In this document: positions 61,556-64,000 of the stretch, one piece after another
Position numbering within the stretch: position 1 is the stretch's first letter
Layout of the letters: the number at the start of each line of letters is the position of its first letter
Assembly: GCA_902563305.1 (NCBI GenBank)
Contig: CACEWP010000002.1
Coordinates: 87,066 to 151,065 of the forward strand
Reading direction: 5' to 3'
Length of the DNA stretch: 64,000 nucleotides
Origin: an uncultured Alphaproteobacteria bacterium
GTDB taxonomy: Bacteria; Pseudomonadota; Alphaproteobacteria; Methylaequorales; Methylaequoraceae
Program-made: the position numbers and the translations under genes
Notes under the pieces: model-generated
The model's database searches: none
Told to the model about the DNA's origin: nothing
Seen by the model: the letters and a program-made list of their open reading frames with translations, nothing else

Positions 61556-62252
61556 TCTTAATATAAGCGGATACGAAGGTCCCCTCGATGTTTTGCTCGA
61601 TTTGTCAAAAAAACAAAAGGTAGACATAAAAAAGATATCAATTCTAGAGTTGGCTGATCAATATTTGGAATTTGTTGAAGGAAATCTTGAAAATTTAAAA
61701 TTATCCGCAGATTACTTAGTTATGGCATCTTTATTAGCTTTTTTGAAATCTAAATTACTATTACCAGAAGAAAAAGAGGAGGTTGAAGAAATTCAAGAGG
61801 ACTTAACGCAAAGAATAATTCATTATAATGCTATAAAAAAATTATCAAAAAAAATATTTGAGTTATATCAAGAAGGTAAAGACTTTCATCATTGTAATGT
61901 TAAAAATGAATTTGTTATAAGTAATGCTATAGTTCCTAAAATAACTCTTCAGGATCTTATTTTAAAATATTCTGAAATTTTTAAAAAAAAAAATTCTATT
62001 AAACTTCTGGCTGATGATGATAATTTATATAAACTTGAAGATGGTTTAAAATGGTTGAATCAAATTTTAAAGTTAGAAGACAAGAATTGGTTGTCACTTT
62101 TTAATTTTTTACCTGATGGGATAATAAATTTAAAAATGAGAAAATCTGCTATCATATCCTTACTTTTGGCCTCATTAGATAGTGTTAATCAGGGTAAAAT
62201 TCTAATAAATCAAAAAGACCATTTTAAAAATATAATGGTAAGAGTTAAATAA
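61542..62252 (+). CDS. scpA: Segregation/condensation protein A
   Basis: YEGPLDVLLDL...QKVD, ADYLVMA..LA.LKSKLLLP. Confidence 0.92.
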   Translation: MTHLNLNISGYEGPLDVLLDLSKKQKVDIKKISILELADQYLEFVEGNLENLKLSADYLVMASLLAFLKSKLLLPEEKEEVEEIQEDLTQRIIHYNAIKKLSKKIFELYQEGKDFHHCNVKNEFVISNAIVPKITLQDLILKYSEIFKKKNSIKLLADDDNLYKLEDGLKWLNQILKLEDKNWLSLFNFLPDGIINLKMRKSAIISLLLASLDSVNQGKILINQKDHFKNIMVRVK

Positions 62253-62773
62253 TGAATGAAAATGAAGCTAAGTGTTTTATTGAATCTTTAATTTTTTCAG
62301 CACAAGACCCTTTAACTAAAGATAGTATGAAAAAAATGTTAAAAGAATACGGTGAATTTAATTTAGATAAAATCTTAAATGAATTGAAGAGTGATTATGA
62401 AAATAGGGGTATAGAATTAGTTGAGTTAGAAAAAAGATTTTTTTTTAGAACCTCAAAGACTTTACATAATTACTTATTTGTTGAAACAAAAAAAGCTAGA
62501 AATTTATCAAATGCAGCAATGGAAACCTTGGCTATAATTTCATATCATCAACCTGTAACAAGAGCTGAAATAGAGAAAATTAGGGGAAAACCAGTTTTTC
62601 GTGGTACCCTGGATACATTGCTAGAATTAAAATGGATAAAACCATCTGGACGAAGAGAAACACCAGGTAGACCGGTCACTTGGATAACAGACTTTGAATT
62701 TCTAAAACATTTTGGATTAAAATCTATTAAAGATTTACCAAAAGTTGATGAATTAGAATCTGTAATCTTGTAA
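62252..62773 (+). CDS. scpB: Segregation/condensation protein B
   Basis: LS.AAMETLAII.YHQPVTRAEIE.IRG, GRRETPGRP, FL.HFGL. Confidence 0.95.
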   Translation: MNENEAKCFIESLIFSAQDPLTKDSMKKMLKEYGEFNLDKILNELKSDYENRGIELVELEKRFFFRTSKTLHNYLFVETKKARNLSNAAMETLAIISYHQPVTRAEIEKIRGKPVFRGTLDTLLELKWIKPSGRRETPGRPVTWITDFEFLKHFGLKSIKDLPKVDELESVIL

Positions 62774-62800
62774 TATATTATTTGGCAAAAGGAGAAGATT

Positions 62801-62953
62801 ATGTTCGGTTTAGGTCATTGGGAAATTATTTTGATCTTAGTGATAGTTTTAATTTTTTTTGGGGCTGGAAAATTACCAAAAGTCGCTGGTGAGATTGCAA
62901 AGGGAATAAAATCTTTTAAACAGGGGCTTAAGGACGATAAAAAAGAAAAATAA
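62801..62953 (+). CDS. tatA: Twin-arginine translocase TatA (50 aa, absent from ORF track)
   Basis: Translated by hand: [57 protein letters not shown]. Confidence 0.93.
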   Translation: MFGLGHWEIILILVIVLIFFGAGKLPKVAGEIAKGIKSFKQGLKDDKKEK

Positions 62954-62961
62954 ATTTTTAT

Positions 62962-63204
62962 ATGCTTAATATTGGGTTGATAGAATTTTTAGTTATCTTC
63001 TTCTTCTTAGTTTTACTTATAAAACCAGAAGATATTCCAAAAGTTTCAAAGAATATTGGATTATTTTATAGAAAAATAAGTAGATATTTTTACAACTTTA
63101 AATATGAACTTGACGAAATAAATAACGACTTTTCAAAAATAGATCCAGAGACAAAAAAAAATCATAATGAAGTATCTAAGTCACGTAAAAGAACTAAGAA
63201 ATAG
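62962..63204 (+). CDS. tatB: Twin-arginine translocase TatB (short)
   Basis: M.NIG..E...I....LLIKPEDIP; lies between tatA and tatC. Confidence 0.8.
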   Translation: MLNIGLIEFLVIFFFLVLLIKPEDIPKVSKNIGLFYRKISRYFYNFKYELDEINNDFSKIDPETKKNHNEVSKSRKRTKK

Positions 63205-63889
63205 ACTGTTAATTAGCTTCTTATTTCTAATACTAACTTTTATCTTTTTTTTCTATAATGCCTCCTTCCTTGGAGAAATTTTATCTAAACCTTTGTTTGA
63301 ACTACTTAATGAATCTGAAGACAAAAGAATGATATTTACTGGTTTGCCAGAAGTATTTTTGTCAAATTTAAAAATATCTATTTTTGCATCATTTGTTGTA
63401 TCATTACCTTTTTTAATTATCCAAGTTGTTATGTTTATTTCCCCTGCAATGTATAAAAAAGAAAAACTTTTTTTTTTTCCTGTTTTTTTTCTTATACCTA
63501 TTCTATTTTTTCTTGGGGTTTTTTTTGCTTATTTTATTTTAATTCCAATAATTTGGAATTTCTTCATTTCATTTGAAAATTTTTTTTCTTCGGGGTTAAA
63601 TTTGGAACTAGAATCGAGATACTCCGAATATATGAGATTAATAATGTTTTTATTATTAGCAAGTGGTTTATCTTTTGAGTTTCCAATTTTGTTAATTGTT
63701 TTAACAAAATTAGGAATCATAAATATTAGATTATTAAAAAATAACAGGAAATATTTTTTTATCGGCATTCTTATCTTCTCTGCTATATTTACCCCACCTG
63801 ATATTATTTCACAGTTAGGCATTGCTATTCCTTTGATAATCTTTTATGAAGTTTCAATAGTATTTATTAATTTTTTTATTAAAAAGTAA
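63167..63889 (+). CDS. tatC: Twin-arginine translocase TatC
   Basis: HVKELRNRL, FISPAMY..EK, FEFP, AIFTPPD..SQ. Confidence 0.95.
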   Translation: MKYLSHVKELRNRLLISFLFLILTFIFFFYNASFLGEILSKPLFELLNESEDKRMIFTGLPEVFLSNLKISIFASFVVSLPFLIIQVVMFISPAMYKKEKLFFFPVFFLIPILFFLGVFFAYFILIPIIWNFFISFENFFSSGLNLELESRYSEYMRLIMFLLLASGLSFEFPILLIVLTKLGIINIRLLKNNRKYFFIGILIFSAIFTPPDIISQLGIAIPLIIFYEVSIVFINFFIKK

Positions 63890-63893
63890 GATC

Positions 63894-64000
63894 GTGCATG
63901 ATATTAAATTTATCAAGAAAAATCCTTCCACATTTGATTTATCTTTAAAAAAGAGAAACCTAAAACCTTGCAGTGAAATAATCATAAAAATACATAATAA
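63894..64000 (+). CDS. serS: Seryl-tRNA synthetase N-terminus (3' truncated by window)
   Basis: GTG start, MHDIKFIKKNPSTFDLSLKKRN matches the SerS N-terminus; tatC-serS synteny. Confidence 0.82.
   Translation, partial: MHDIKFIKKNPSTFDLSLKKRNLKPCSEIIIKIHN

Noticed and set aside
274..63822. Numerous 60-133 aa ORFs antisense to or nested in recognised genes (e.g. 274-531, 17876-18277, 23271-24098, 42570-42941, 54962-55360)
   Set aside because: Shadow ORFs fully overlapping well-supported genes, with no motifs or SDs

Overview
AT-rich, very tightly packed chromosomal segment of a streamlined free-living alphaproteobacterium, probably marine. Gene orders typical of alphaproteobacteria are present: cysE-isc-mnmA, tkt-pgk-fba, pcm-tolC-valS and xth-erpA/dgt-argS-SPOR-nagZ-scpAB-tatABC-serS. 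There are three tRNAs (Met, Asn, Cys). I see no integrase, IS, prophage or CRISPR array. C1/PQQ-metabolism markers are scattered through the window: an orphan fhcA/fwdA, an mxaD-mxaE-like pair, and a cytochrome c plus PQQ sugar dehydrogenase, with an hpnN-like transporter nearby. These suggest a methylotroph. The strongest novel candidate is at 10632-12014, a DUF2946/CruR/CutF-like leader peptide ending in a non-canonical SNSPP motif. Its last codons form a 13-bp hairpin over the Shine-Dalgarno and start codon of a His/Met-rich outer-membrane protein, which points to a metal (probably copper)-sensing ribosome-stalling switch. Also notable are a DNA-repair neighbourhood (LigP-like ATP-dependent ligase coupled to an apparently nuclease-dead PD-(D/E)XK protein, plus an SPL-like radical SAM/nucleosidase pair), an IscR-type box at an isc operon that lacks iscR, and a gene whose only SD-like motif lies inside the 3' end of tRNA-Asn. 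All family calls come from motif recognition by eye; no searches were run.
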